Assembly (NCBI GenBank): GCA_037443705.1
Contig: JBBINV010000009.1
Location: forward strand, 8,561-72,560
DNA from: Betaproteobacteria bacterium
GTDB lineage: Bacteria; Pseudomonadota; Gammaproteobacteria; Burkholderiales; SG8-39
Length of the DNA stretch: 64,000 nucleotides
Direction of reading: 5' to 3'
The first letter of the stretch is position 1. The number at the start of each line of letters is the position of its first letter. Under the pieces are notes generated by a model, which saw nothing but the letters and a program-made list of their open reading frames with translations, searched no databases and had not been told where the DNA came from. The translations under genes were made by a program, and so were the position numbers. Shown here one piece after another: positions 35,098-44,542 of this stretch.

Positions 35098-36390
35098 ATG
35101 GCCGAGGCGCTCGCCGGATTCGCGGCGTTCCTCGCGCTCGCGTTCCTGCGCGTCCCGCTCGCATTCGCGATGGGCCTGGTCGGGTTCGTCGGCGTCGCGT
35201 GGAAGGTGAACCTCGCGGCCGCCGGAGCGATGGTCGCGCAGACGACCTACGAGACCGGGCTCGCGTACACCCTGTCGGTGATCCCGCTCTTCATACTGAT
35301 GGGGAACCTCGTCGTGCGCGCGCGCATGTCCGAGGAGCTCTTTCACGCCGCCTACACCTTTCTCGGCCACCGGCGCGGGGGGCTCGCGATGTCCACGGTG
35401 ATCGCGAGCGCGGGCTTCGGCTCGATCTGCGGCTCCTCGATCGCGACCGCGGCGACCTTCTCCAAGGTCTCGTACCCGTCGATGAAGCGCTACCGCTATC
35501 GCGATGCGCTCGCCGCAGGCGCGATTTCGGCCGGGGGCACGCTCGGGATCCTGATCCCGCCCTCGGTCGTGTTCGTGATCTACGGCATCCTGACCGAATC
35601 GAACATCGGCAAGCTCTTCATCGCCGGGATCCTGCCCGGGCTCGTGATGACGCTGCTGCTGTGCACGGCGGTGGCATGGATCGCCTGGCGCGACCCGCAA
35701 GCGGGCCCGCCCGCCGACCCGCACGGCTGGGACGAGCGGCTCGAGGCGCTGCAGCACGTCTGGCCGGTGGTCGTGCTCTTCATCGGCGTGATCGGCGGGA
35801 TCTACGGCGGCGCGTTCACCGCTGCCGAGGGCGCCGGCATCGGCGCCGGCGGCGCGTTCCTCTTCGCGCTCGCGAGGCGCACGCTCACCTTCAGGATCCT
35901 CGTGGAGATCCTGGTGGAGAGCGCACGCACCACCTCGATGATCTTCATGATCCTGATCGGCGCGTTCCTGTTCGCCAATTTCCTCAATTACACGACGCTC
36001 CCCGGCGATCTGCGCGATTTCGTGGCGCAGTTCAGGGACCGCCCGGTGCTCGTAATCGCGGCGATGTGCGTCATCTACATCGTTCTCGGAATGGTGATGG
36101 AGGAGCTCGCCATCGTGCTTCTCACCGTGCCGCTCTTCTTCCCGGTCGTCATCTCGCTCGGCTACGATCCCCTCTGGTTCGGCGTGATTGTCGTGATCGT
36201 GGTGCAGATCGGACTGATCAGCCCTCCGGTGGGCCTCAACCTGTTCGTCGTCAAGAGCCTGCTCCCTCACATCTCGCTTCGCACCATGTACGGCGGCATC
36301 TGGCCGTTCGTCGTGGCGCAGATCGTCGTTCTCGCGCTCGTGATCGCCGCGCCCGGGCTCGCCACCTGGCTCCCGCAGTTCATGAAGTGA
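35098..36390 (+). CDS. dctM: TRAP transporter large permease
   Basis: IPLFILMG, GSSIAT, GGTLGILIPPS, ISPPVGLNLF. Confidence 0.93.
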   Translation: MAEALAGFAAFLALAFLRVPLAFAMGLVGFVGVAWKVNLAAAGAMVAQTTYETGLAYTLSVIPLFILMGNLVVRARMSEELFHAAYTFLGHRRGGLAMSTVIASAGFGSICGSSIATAATFSKVSYPSMKRYRYRDALAAGAISAGGTLGILIPPSVVFVIYGILTESNIGKLFIAGILPGLVMTLLLCTAVAWIAWRDPQAGPPADPHGWDERLEALQHVWPVVVLFIGVIGGIYGGAFTAAEGAGIGAGGAFLFALARRTLTFRILVEILVESARTTSMIFMILIGAFLFANFLNYTTLPGDLRDFVAQFRDRPVLVIAAMCVIYIVLGMVMEELAIVLLTVPLFFPVVISLGYDPLWFGVIVVIVVQIGLISPPVGLNLFVVKSLLPHISLRTMYGGIWPFVVAQIVVLALVIAAPGLATWLPQFMK

Positions 36391-36415
36391 GGTAGAATCG
36401 GCGCCTCGCCGGCGC

Positions 36416-36490
36416 GGGTGGTTAGCTCAGCGGTAGAGCACTGCTCTCACACAGCAGGGGCCACTGGTTCGATCCCAGTACCACCCACCA
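36416..36490 (+). tRNA. tRNA-Val(CAC)
   Basis: GGGTGGTTAGCTCAGCGGTAGAGC..CTCACAC..GGTTCGATCC..CCA; TAGAAT -10 at 36393. Confidence 0.95.
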
Positions 36491-36599
36491 GGATCCCCCT
36501 CCCGGCAAACCGCTTTCCTCGTCTATGGGCGAGAGCTCTTCCGGTCGCGCGTCAACCGGACCGGATAGGACAAATGCCTTACGCCGTCGCTTCGTGCGC

Positions 36600-36947
36600 G
36601 TGTACCCTTCTGCTTCGGCGCGCCGCGCGCCCGTTTGCAGCGACAAGGATCCGCAGCCCTGACGCATGATGTCAGCGTCCTGCGAGCGCTTCTCGCCTGC
36701 CGTTAGCAGGATCACTACCGTCTTTCCGTCGCGGCCGAAATGAACGCGGTAGCCAGGCCCGCGGTCGATGCGCCACTCGAACACTCCATCGCCCATGGGC
36801 TTCCAGTCCCCCGGCGTTTCAGCGCGAACGCGGTTGATGCGAGGCGATCGTGGCCGCTACGACCTTGTCTTTGACCGAATCGATCCACTCCCGGAACGGG
36901 CAACTGCCTGTCGCTGTCACGCAGTGCAGGACGGCGATCTCCGTCAT
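36600..36947 (-). pseudogene. frameshifted RelE/ParE-family addiction module toxin
   Basis: GSCPFREW..INRV..GDWKPMGDGVFEWRIDRGPGYRVHF..ILLTAGEKRSQDADI across two frames; no antitoxin. Confidence 0.75.
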
Positions 36948-37040
36948 CCGCCGTTGGTGCAGCTTATGAGAGTCATATGGTCAATCGCCTGCGCCCCCGC
37001 CTCAAGAATTAACGCATCCGCCGTTGATCGGATGACGACG

Positions 37041-37310
37041 TCAGGCGCCGAAAAACGCGAGGAGCCCGACGACGGCGAACGACGCGGCCGCGAACGCGCG
37101 CACGATTCGCGCGGGAACGAGGGTGAGCACCCGATCGCCCAGAAGCACCGCAGGAATGTTGGCGATCAGCATTCCGAGCGTGGTGCCGGCGACGATCGCG
37201 GGGATGGTGGCGTAGCGCGCGGCGAGGACGAGGGACAGGAGCTGCGTCTTGTCGCCGACCTCGGCGAGCGCGACGACTCCGGTGGAGACGAGGAGCGCTT
37301 CCGGCGTCAA
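37041..37310 (-). CDS. half-size UPF0016 (TMEM165/GDT1) membrane protein
   Basis: one EVGDKTQL motif, 89 aa; TTG start coupled to the RND stop. Confidence 0.65.
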   Translation of the reverse strand: MTPEALLVSTGVVALAEVGDKTQLLSLVLAARYATIPAIVAGTTLGMLIANIPAVLLGDRVLTLVPARIVRAFAAASFAVVGLLAFFGA

Positions 37311-40300
37311 GCCGCCGTCTCGACGCGCTTGCGATATGCCACGTAGTACAGGACCGGGATCACGACGAGCGTCAGCGCCGTCGAGACCAGGATCCCGAAG
37401 ATGAGCGAGATCGCGAGGCCGTTGAAGATCGGGTCGTCGAGGATGAAGGTGGCGCCGATCATGGCGGCGAGCGCAGTGAGCGCGATCGGTCGCGCGCGCG
37501 CGGCGGCCGAGTGCAGGATCGCGTCGCGGAACGCCATGCCCTCGGCCACCTTCTGATCCACGAAGTCCACGAGCAGGATCGAGTTCCTCACGATGATGCC
37601 GGCCAGCGCGATCATGCCGATCATCGAGGTCGCAGTGAAGTTCGCGCCGAGGAGCGCGTGCCCCGGCATCACGCCGATCACGGTGAGCGGGATGGGCGCC
37701 ATGATGACGAGCGGCACCAGATACGAGCCGAACTGCGCGACCACCAGCAGGTAGATGAGGACGAGCCCCACCGCGTAGGCGAGACCCATGTCTCGGAAGG
37801 TTTCGTAGGTAACCTGCCACTCGCCGTCCCACTTCACCGCGTAGCCGCGATAGGGGTCGGAAGGCTGGGCGACGAAGTGCTCGCCGAGCCGCCCTCCTTC
37901 CTCGAGCACGGCGCCTGCCACCTTGCCGCGCGCCGCAAACATGCCGTAGAGCGGGCTGTCGACGCGCCCGGCCTGGTCGCCGACCACGTACACCACCGGC
38001 AGCAGGTCCTTGTGGTGGATCGGGCGGTCGCGCTCGTCCGATACCGGCGTGACGAGTTCCGAGAGCGGCACCAGCGCACCCGCGCCGGTGCGAAGCCCGA
38101 GCTTCATCAGCTCGTCGAGGCCGCCCTGGCGCTTCGCAGGAAGCGTCACGCGCACCGGAACCTCGTACTTCGAGAAGCCGTCGTGCAGCGGCGTCGCGTC
38201 CACGCCCGCGAGGCCCATGCGCATCGTTTCCACCACGTCGCGCCGCGTGACCCCCGCGAGCGCGGCCTTCGCCTGGTCGACGCGCAGCCGGATGCGGGGC
38301 GCCGGGTCCTCCACCGAGTCGTCGATCGCGACCACGCCGGGCGTGGCGGCGAAGGCCTCGCGCACCTTTTTCGCGACGCGGATCCTCCCGGCCTCGTCCG
38401 GGCCATAGACCTCGGCGACGATCGGCGAGAGCACCGGCGGGCCCGGCGGCACCTCTACAACCTTGACTTTCGCGTTCCAGCGCGCCGCGATGCGCTCGAG
38501 GTCGGGGCGAAGCGCTTGCGCGATCTCGTGGCTCTTGCGGCTGCGCTCGGCCTTGTCCTTGAGGTTCACCTGGAGGTCGCCATGCTCCGGCTCGGACCGC
38601 AGGTAGTACTGCCGCACCAGGCCGTTGAAGTTGATCGGCGCCGCCGTGCCCGCATAGGCCTGGTAGTCGGTCACCTCGGGCTCCGCCGCGAGCCGCGCGC
38701 CCAGGTCGTGCAACGCCGCCGCGGTCAGCTCGAGCGGCGTTCCCGCCGGCATGTCCACCACCACCTGGAATTCCGACTTGTTGTCGAACGGCAGCATCTT
38801 CAGCACCACGAGCCTGAACCCCGCGAGCGACACCGATCCGAGGATCAGCGCGAGCACGGCGAGGACAAGCGTGCGGCGATTCCTCGAAGAGCGGATGAAC
38901 GGCTCGAGGACCCGTTCGAGAAACGCCTCGATCCTTCCTCGGTGGCGCTCAGCGGCTCCGTGGCCTTTGAGCAGCTTCAAGGCGAGCCACGGAGTCACGG
39001 AGAAGGCAATCGCGAGCGAGATCAGCATCCCCATGCTCGCATTGATCGGGATCGGGCTCATGTAGGGCCCCATCAGGCCGGTGACGAAGGCCATCGGCAG
39101 GAGCGCGGCTATCACGGTGAAGGTGGCGAGGATGGTGGGCCCGCCGACCTCGTCGACCGCGGCCGGGATAACTTCGGCCAGCGGCTTGCCCTCGAGCGTC
39201 ATCCGGCGATGGATGTTCTCGACCACCACGATCGCGTCGTCGACCAGGATCCCGATCGAGAAAATCAGCGCGAAGAGCGAAACCCGGTTCAGGGTGAAGC
39301 CCCAGGCCCAGGAGGCGAACAGCGTGGTGGCAAGCGTGAGCAGCACTGCCGCGCCTACGATCAGCGCCTCGCGCCGCCCGAGCGCCGCGAGCACCAGCAG
39401 CACCACCGAGAGCGTGGCGAAAACGAGTTTCTTGATGAGCTGCTGCGCCTTGTCGTTCGCAGTGGCGCCGTAGTTGCGCGTCACCTCCACGCGCACGTCC
39501 GCCGGGATCACCGCGCCCCTCAGCTCGTTCACGCGCCGGAGCACGCGCCCGGCTACGTCGACCGCGTTCTCGCCCGGCTTCTTCGTGATCTGGATCGTCA
39601 CCGCCGGCTGCTCGCCGCCGCGGCTTCCGAACCAGGCGTAGCGCGCCGGTTGCGCGGGGCCGTCGCGCACCTCGGCGACGTCGGCCACGGTCACGGGCCG
39701 GCCCTCGAAGGCGCCGACCACGAGCGAGGCCACCTCGGCGGCCGACTCGAGGAAACTGCCGGTCTCCACCACGACCTCGCGGTTCTCGCTCACGGTGCGG
39801 CCGGCCGGCGCGGCGACGTTGCCGAGCCGAAGCGCGTTGCGCACGTCGAGCGCCGATACCCCGTGCGCGGCGAGACGGTCCGGATCGAGCAGCACGCGCA
39901 CGGCGCGCCCCGGCCCTCCGATCGTGTGCACTTCGCGCGTTCCGGGCACGCGCTTGAGCTCGGCTTCGGCGGCGTGCGCCACGCGCTCGAGCTCGAAGGC
40001 GCCGGCGGTGCGGTCTTCGCTCCAGAGCGTGAGCGTCACCACCGGCACATCGTCGATGCCCTTGGGCTTGATCACGGGCTCCCCCACGCCCAGCTCGGGC
40101 GCGACCCAGTCGCGATTGGACTGGATCGTGTCGTGAAGCCTGACCAGCGCGTCGATCCGCGGCACGCCGACCTTGAACTGCACGGTGAGAACCGCCATGC
40201 CGGGGCGCGATACGGAGTAGACGTGTTCTACGCCGGTCATCTGCGCGAGCACCTGCTCGGCGGGTGTGGCCACGAGCGACTCCACGTCCTTCGCCGAGGC

Positions 40301-40468
40301 GCCCGGGAACGGCACCAGGACGTTCGCCATCGTGACGTTGATCTGCGGCTCCTCCTCGCGCGGGGTCACCGCGACCGCGAACAGCCCCAGCAGGAACGAA
40401 AGCGCCGCGAGCAGCGGCGTGAGCTGCGAGGCCTGGAAATAGCGCGCGATGCGCCCCGAGAGCCCCAT
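37307..40468 (-). CDS. RND efflux permease (AcrB/CusA family)
   Basis: PREEEPQI, GILVDDAIVVVEN, GIIVRNSILLVDF, RARPI. Confidence 0.95.
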   Translation of the reverse strand: MGLSGRIARYFQASQLTPLLAALSFLLGLFAVAVTPREEEPQINVTMANVLVPFPGASAKDVESLVATPAEQVLAQMTGVEHVYSVSRPGMAVLTVQFKVGVPRIDALVRLHDTIQSNRDWVAPELGVGEPVIKPKGIDDVPVVTLTLWSEDRTAGAFELERVAHAAEAELKRVPGTREVHTIGGPGRAVRVLLDPDRLAAHGVSALDVRNALRLGNVAAPAGRTVSENREVVVETGSFLESAAEVASLVVGAFEGRPVTVADVAEVRDGPAQPARYAWFGSRGGEQPAVTIQITKKPGENAVDVAGRVLRRVNELRGAVIPADVRVEVTRNYGATANDKAQQLIKKLVFATLSVVLLVLAALGRREALIVGAAVLLTLATTLFASWAWGFTLNRVSLFALIFSIGILVDDAIVVVENIHRRMTLEGKPLAEVIPAAVDEVGGPTILATFTVIAALLPMAFVTGLMGPYMSPIPINASMGMLISLAIAFSVTPWLALKLLKGHGAAERHRGRIEAFLERVLEPFIRSSRNRRTLVLAVLALILGSVSLAGFRLVVLKMLPFDNKSEFQVVVDMPAGTPLELTAAALHDLGARLAAEPEVTDYQAYAGTAAPINFNGLVRQYYLRSEPEHGDLQVNLKDKAERSRKSHEIAQALRPDLERIAARWNAKVKVVEVPPGPPVLSPIVAEVYGPDEAGRIRVAKKVREAFAATPGVVAIDDSVEDPAPRIRLRVDQAKAALAGVTRRDVVETMRMGLAGVDATPLHDGFSKYEVPVRVTLPAKRQGGLDELMKLGLRTGAGALVPLSELVTPVSDERDRPIHHKDLLPVVYVVGDQAGRVDSPLYGMFAARGKVAGAVLEEGGRLGEHFVAQPSDPYRGYAVKWDGEWQVTYETFRDMGLAYAVGLVLIYLLVVAQFGSYLVPLVIMAPIPLTVIGVMPGHALLGANFTATSMIGMIALAGIIVRNSILLVDFVDQKVAEGMAFRDAILHSAAARARPIALTALAAMIGATFILDDPIFNGLAISLIFGILVSTALTLVVIPVLYYVAYRKRVETAA

Positions 40469-40472
40469 CGCT

Positions 40473-41519
40473 TCAGGCTCCCGCGGCGCCGATGCCTGCC
40501 TTGACCGGCTCGAGCGCGACGCGCTCGCCCGCCTTGAGGCCCGCGAGCACCTCCACCGCGTGCTCGTCGCCCGCCGCGCCCAGGCGAACCTGGCGAAGGC
40601 GCGGCGCGCCCTTGTCATCGAGCACGTACACCGCGGTCACTTCGCTCCGCTGGAGCACCGCCGCGCGCGGCACGAGCAGCCGCGGCGCGCGCCCGGTGAC
40701 GAAATGCGCGCGCGCGAATACGCCCGGGTACACTCCGCGCGCGTCCTCCGGCAGGTCGAGCCGCACGCGCGTGGTGTGGGTGCGCGGGTCGGCGGCGGGC
40801 ACGACGGTGACCGAGCGAGCCTCGATCCAGCGGCCGAGTGCCGGAACTTCGATGCGCGCCCGGGCCCCGGCCTGGATCTCCGGGACCCTCGCCGGCGGCA
40901 CGTTCGCCACGGCGCGCAGCGACCCCGGGTCGAAGCCGGTCATCAGCGGCTTGCCCGGCGCCGCCATCTCGCCGAGCTCGACGTGGCGTGCCGATACTAC
41001 GCCCGAGTACGGCGCGACGATCGTGGCGAAGCTGCGCTCGGTCGCCGCGGCACCGGCGCCCGCGAGCATCGCGGTGAGGCGCGCCTGCGCCTGGCGGAAA
41101 TCGGCCTCGGCCCTGTCCAGGCCCGCCTGGCTGATGAACTTCTGCGCGCTCAGCTCCTTCGAGCGCTCGTACTGCGCGCGCGCGTTGGCGAGCGCGGCCT
41201 GCGCCTCGCGAACCTGAGCCTCGGTGGCGGCGAGCGCCTGGGTCGCGGCGCGCTCGTCGATCCGCACGATGACCTCGCCCTTGCGAACGAAGTCGCCCAC
41301 GTCGAAGCGGATGTCCACGATGCGGCCCGCGATCTGCGCCGACACCGTCGACTGGCGCACCGCCTCGAGCACCGCTTCGGCGGAGTACGTGAGATCGATC
41401 TCGCGCAGCTCGACCGGGGCCCAGGGCAATGGGGCGGAAGGCTTGACGGTTCGGGCTTCCTCCTGGCCGCAGGAGGCCAGGGCCCCCGAAAGAATCAGGA
41501 TCGCGAAAAACCGCTTCAT
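40473..41519 (-). CDS. RND membrane fusion protein (lipoprotein)
   Basis: LASC lipobox, SAQIAGRI, APYSGVV, PGVFAR. Confidence 0.93.
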   Translation of the reverse strand: MKRFFAILILSGALASCGQEEARTVKPSAPLPWAPVELREIDLTYSAEAVLEAVRQSTVSAQIAGRIVDIRFDVGDFVRKGEVIVRIDERAATQALAATEAQVREAQAALANARAQYERSKELSAQKFISQAGLDRAEADFRQAQARLTAMLAGAGAAATERSFATIVAPYSGVVSARHVELGEMAAPGKPLMTGFDPGSLRAVANVPPARVPEIQAGARARIEVPALGRWIEARSVTVVPAADPRTHTTRVRLDLPEDARGVYPGVFARAHFVTGRAPRLLVPRAAVLQRSEVTAVYVLDDKGAPRLRQVRLGAAGDEHAVEVLAGLKAGERVALEPVKAGIGAAGA

Positions 41520-41526
41520 TCGCCCC

Positions 41527-41868
41527 CTACAGCGCCTGCTCGACCCAGTCCACGAGGGAGCTCGCGCTCATCGCGCCGGCCGAACGCTCGAACTCGCGCG
41601 CGCCCTTGAACAGGACGATCGTGGGGATCGCGCGGATGCCGTAGCGCATCGCGAGCCGCGGCGACTCGTCCACGTTCACCTTCGCGAGGCGCGCGCGGCC
41701 GTGCAGCTCGCCCGCCGCCTGCTCGAACGCCGGCGCCATCACGCGGCAGGGACCGCACCACGGGGCCCAGAAATCGACCACCACCGGGAGGCCGTCCGCC
41801 CCGAGGAACGAATCGAAGCTCGACTCGTCGAGGGAAACCGGCCTTACGTTCTCGAGAACGGCACTCAT
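41527..41868 (-). CDS. thioredoxin
   Basis: DFWAPWCGPC. Confidence 0.95.
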   Translation of the reverse strand: MSAVLENVRPVSLDESSFDSFLGADGLPVVVDFWAPWCGPCRVMAPAFEQAAGELHGRARLAKVNVDESPRLAMRYGIRAIPTIVLFKGAREFERSAGAMSASSLVDWVEQAL

Positions 41869-41877
41869 GACCGTTCC

Positions 41878-42096
41878 TCAGGCGCAGGCGCCGGCGCTCT
41901 TCACGCCGATCCTGCGCAGGATGGATTCGAGCGGGCACAGGCGCGTGAAGCCGCTCTGGAACAGGTTCGCGCCCACGAATGCGGTGAACCAAAGGAAATG
42001 CGCGCTCGCGAAGAGCGGGCTCGCCTCGACGCCGAGCGCGAGGGAGGCGAGAACGAAGAAGCCGGCGAAGATCCGGATCAGCCTTTCCGACGACAT
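41878..42096 (-). CDS. DUF2892 (YgaP-like) membrane protein
   Basis: FVGANLFQSGFT..CP. Confidence 0.88.
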   Translation of the reverse strand: MSSERLIRIFAGFFVLASLALGVEASPLFASAHFLWFTAFVGANLFQSGFTRLCPLESILRRIGVKSAGACA

Positions 42097-42156
42097 GTTT
42101 TCTCCAGGGTTGGGTTACCGAACGGCGCCAGCGTAGCCCGCAGTCATGTTGCAGTC

Positions 42157-42227
42157 TGTGACCGTGGTCCCATTGATGAAAGTCAAATGCGGCTCGCGCT
42201 GCGGCGCGCTCGGTGACCTCGGTCACA
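42157..42227. promoter_or_regulatory. two CRP-type boxes and one FNR-type box in a divergent promoter
   Basis: TGTGA-N6-TCCCA 42157-42172; TTGAT-N4-GTCAA 42173-42186; GGTGA-N6-TCACA 42212-42227. Confidence 0.65.
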
Positions 42228-42282
42228 GACCCCGGCCGGGATCGTGCACAGACTTTCGCTTCCTTCAACCCTGGAGAACGTG

Positions 42283-42489
42283 ATGACTGCAAACGTCGGT
42301 GGTGTGGACCGGTTGCTCCGGATCCTCGTGGGAATCGGGCTGCTCGCCCTGGTGCTGGTGCTGGAAGGAAACGCGCGCTGGTGGGGCCTGATCGGGATCG
42401 TGCCGCTCGCCACCGGCCTGCTGCGCTTGTGCCCGGCGTACACGCTCTTCGGCCTGTCCACCTGCCCGCTCGAGAAGAAGAGCGCCTGA
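42283..42489 (+). CDS. DUF2892 membrane protein
   Basis: NVGGVDRLLRI..PLATGL..CPAY..GLSTCP; GGAG RBS. Confidence 0.9.
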   Translation: MTANVGGVDRLLRILVGIGLLALVLVLEGNARWWGLIGIVPLATGLLRLCPAYTLFGLSTCPLEKKSA

Positions 42490-42505
42490 GCCGGTTCGGT
42501 TAGAC

Positions 42506-43219
42506 TTGGACGGTCGGAAATCGCCGGCCGTTCCGGTGCCTGACACTCAGGAAAACGAAAAGCAGCCCCTCCACAAGCGCCTGCTCGAGCGCTTCCCGGT
42601 GTTCGCGGCGCTGCCCGCGGCGCGGCTCGAGGCGCTGCTGGGCGAGGCTCAGCTGCTGCGCGCGCCGCGCGGCGGGATCCTGTTCGACGCGAACCAGCCC
42701 TGCCGCGGCTTCCCGCTGCTGCTCGAAGGCAGCGTCCGGGTGGCGAAAACCGCGCCGAACGGCCGCGAGATCCTGCTCTATCGCGTGGAGCCGGGCCAGG
42801 GATGCATCCTCTCGGGCGGGTGCCTGCTCGGCCACTCCGACTATTCGGCGACCGGAATCGCCGAAAGCGACGTGGAGCTCGTCGCGATCCCGCCGGCGCG
42901 GTTCGAGGAGCTGATGCTCGGCTTCGAGCCCTTCCGCCGGTTCGTGTTCGCGATGTACGGCGAGCGTCTCTCGGAGATGATGGAGCTGGTCGAGGAGGTG
43001 GCGTTTCGAAGACTGGACGAGCGGCTCGCGCGGCTGCTCGTTCAGCGGGGCCCGGTGATTGCCGCTACGCACCAGAAGCTCGCCGACGAGCTCGGCAGCG
43101 TGCGCGAGATCGTGAGCCGGCTGCTCCGGAGCTTCGAGGAGCGCGGCTGGGTGCGCCTGGAGCGCGAGCGCGTGACCGTGCTCGACGCGAAGGCCCTGTC
43201 CGGACCTCAGAAAGACTAG
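42506..43219 (+). CDS. Crp/Fnr family regulator
   Basis: GREILLYRV..CILS, THQKLADELGSVREIVSRLL; start uncertain. Confidence 0.9.
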   Translation: MDGRKSPAVPVPDTQENEKQPLHKRLLERFPVFAALPAARLEALLGEAQLLRAPRGGILFDANQPCRGFPLLLEGSVRVAKTAPNGREILLYRVEPGQGCILSGGCLLGHSDYSATGIAESDVELVAIPPARFEELMLGFEPFRRFVFAMYGERLSEMMELVEEVAFRRLDERLARLLVQRGPVIAATHQKLADELGSVREIVSRLLRSFEERGWVRLERERVTVLDAKALSGPQKD

Positions 43220-43321
43220 AAGAAAGACACCCGCGCCGCGAGGCTCGCGCGCGCGAGCGCCGGCCCCGATCCCTCCCCCTGCGATCAACACCTCCCTCGG
43301 AGCGATTCTATAGAATCGGGC

Positions 43322-44530
43322 ATGCCCCGGATTTCACTGGACGACGTCCGCTCGGCCGCCGAGCGCATCCGCGGCGCCGTGGAGCGCACGCCGTTCCTGC
43401 GCAGCCGCACGCTCTCGCAGCTCACCGGGGCCGAGGTCTGGCTCAAGTTCGAGAACCTGCAGTTCACCGCCTCGTTCAAGGAGCGCGGCGCGCTCAATCG
43501 CCTGCTCGCGCTGTCGGATGCCGAGCGGCGTCGCGGCGTGATCGCGATGAGCGCCGGCAACCATGCGCAGGGGGTCGCATACCACGCCGCGCGGCTCGGG
43601 ATCCGCGCCGTGATCGTGATGCCGCGCGGGACGCCCCACGGCAAGGTGAAGGGCACGCGCGTGCACGGCGCGGAGGTGATTCTGGAGGGCGACAGCCTCG
43701 CGCAAGCCTCGGGCCACGCGCACGAGCTGGCGGCACGCGAGGGGCTCGTTTTCGTCCACCCCTACGACGATCCGCTCGTCATCGCGGGCCAGGGCACGGT
43801 TGGCCTGGAAATGCTCGAGCAGCAGCCCGAGCTCGATGCGATCGTGGCTCCGGTCGGGGGCGGCGGGCTCCTCGCCGGGATGGCCGTGGCTGCCCGCGGC
43901 TTGAAGCCCGGGATCGAGATCTGCGGCGTGGAGTCGCGCCCGTACTGCGCGATGCATCAGCGCCTGCACGGCCTGGCGGTCGACGTCGGCGGCGACACGA
44001 TCGCCGAAGGCATCGCGGTCCGGGACGTCGGAGAATTGCCGCTCTCGATCCTGACGTCGCTTTCCCTCGACGTGCTCGTGGTCGAAGAGCCGACGATCGA
44101 GCGCGCGATCGTCGCGCTGATCGAGATCGAGAAGACGGTCGCGGAAGGCGCGGGCGCCGCGGGGCTCGCGGCGCTGATCGAATTTCCGGAGCGCTTCGCC
44201 GGCAGGCGCGTCGGCATCCCGATCACCGGCGGCAACATCGACCTGCGCCTGCTCTCGGCGGTGCTGATGCGCGGCCTGGTGCGCGACGGGCGCCTGATGC
44301 GGCTGCGCGTCACCATGCCGGACGTCGCGGGCAGCCTCGCCAGGGTCGCGGCGCTGATCGGCGAGGCCGGCGGCAACATCGTGGAAGTGCAGCACCAGCG
44401 GCTCTTCGGCACCGCGTCGGTCAAGTCGCCGGCGGTGGAATTCGTGATCGAGACGCGTGATCGCGATCAGGCGAAGACGCTCGTGGAAACCCTGCTTTCC
44501 CGGAATATCCGCGTCGAATTCGCGGGATAG
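43322..44530 (+). CDS. ilvA: threonine ammonia-lyase with ACT domain
   Basis: KFENLQFTASFKERGA, SAGNHAQG, PVGGGGL, EGAGA, GGNID. Confidence 0.92.
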   Translation: MPRISLDDVRSAAERIRGAVERTPFLRSRTLSQLTGAEVWLKFENLQFTASFKERGALNRLLALSDAERRRGVIAMSAGNHAQGVAYHAARLGIRAVIVMPRGTPHGKVKGTRVHGAEVILEGDSLAQASGHAHELAAREGLVFVHPYDDPLVIAGQGTVGLEMLEQQPELDAIVAPVGGGGLLAGMAVAARGLKPGIEICGVESRPYCAMHQRLHGLAVDVGGDTIAEGIAVRDVGELPLSILTSLSLDVLVVEEPTIERAIVALIEIEKTVAEGAGAAGLAALIEFPERFAGRRVGIPITGGNIDLRLLSAVLMRGLVRDGRLMRLRVTMPDVAGSLARVAALIGEAGGNIVEVQHQRLFGTASVKSPAVEFVIETRDRDQAKTLVETLLSRNIRVEFAG

Positions 44531-44542
44531 AATTTCCTCTCT

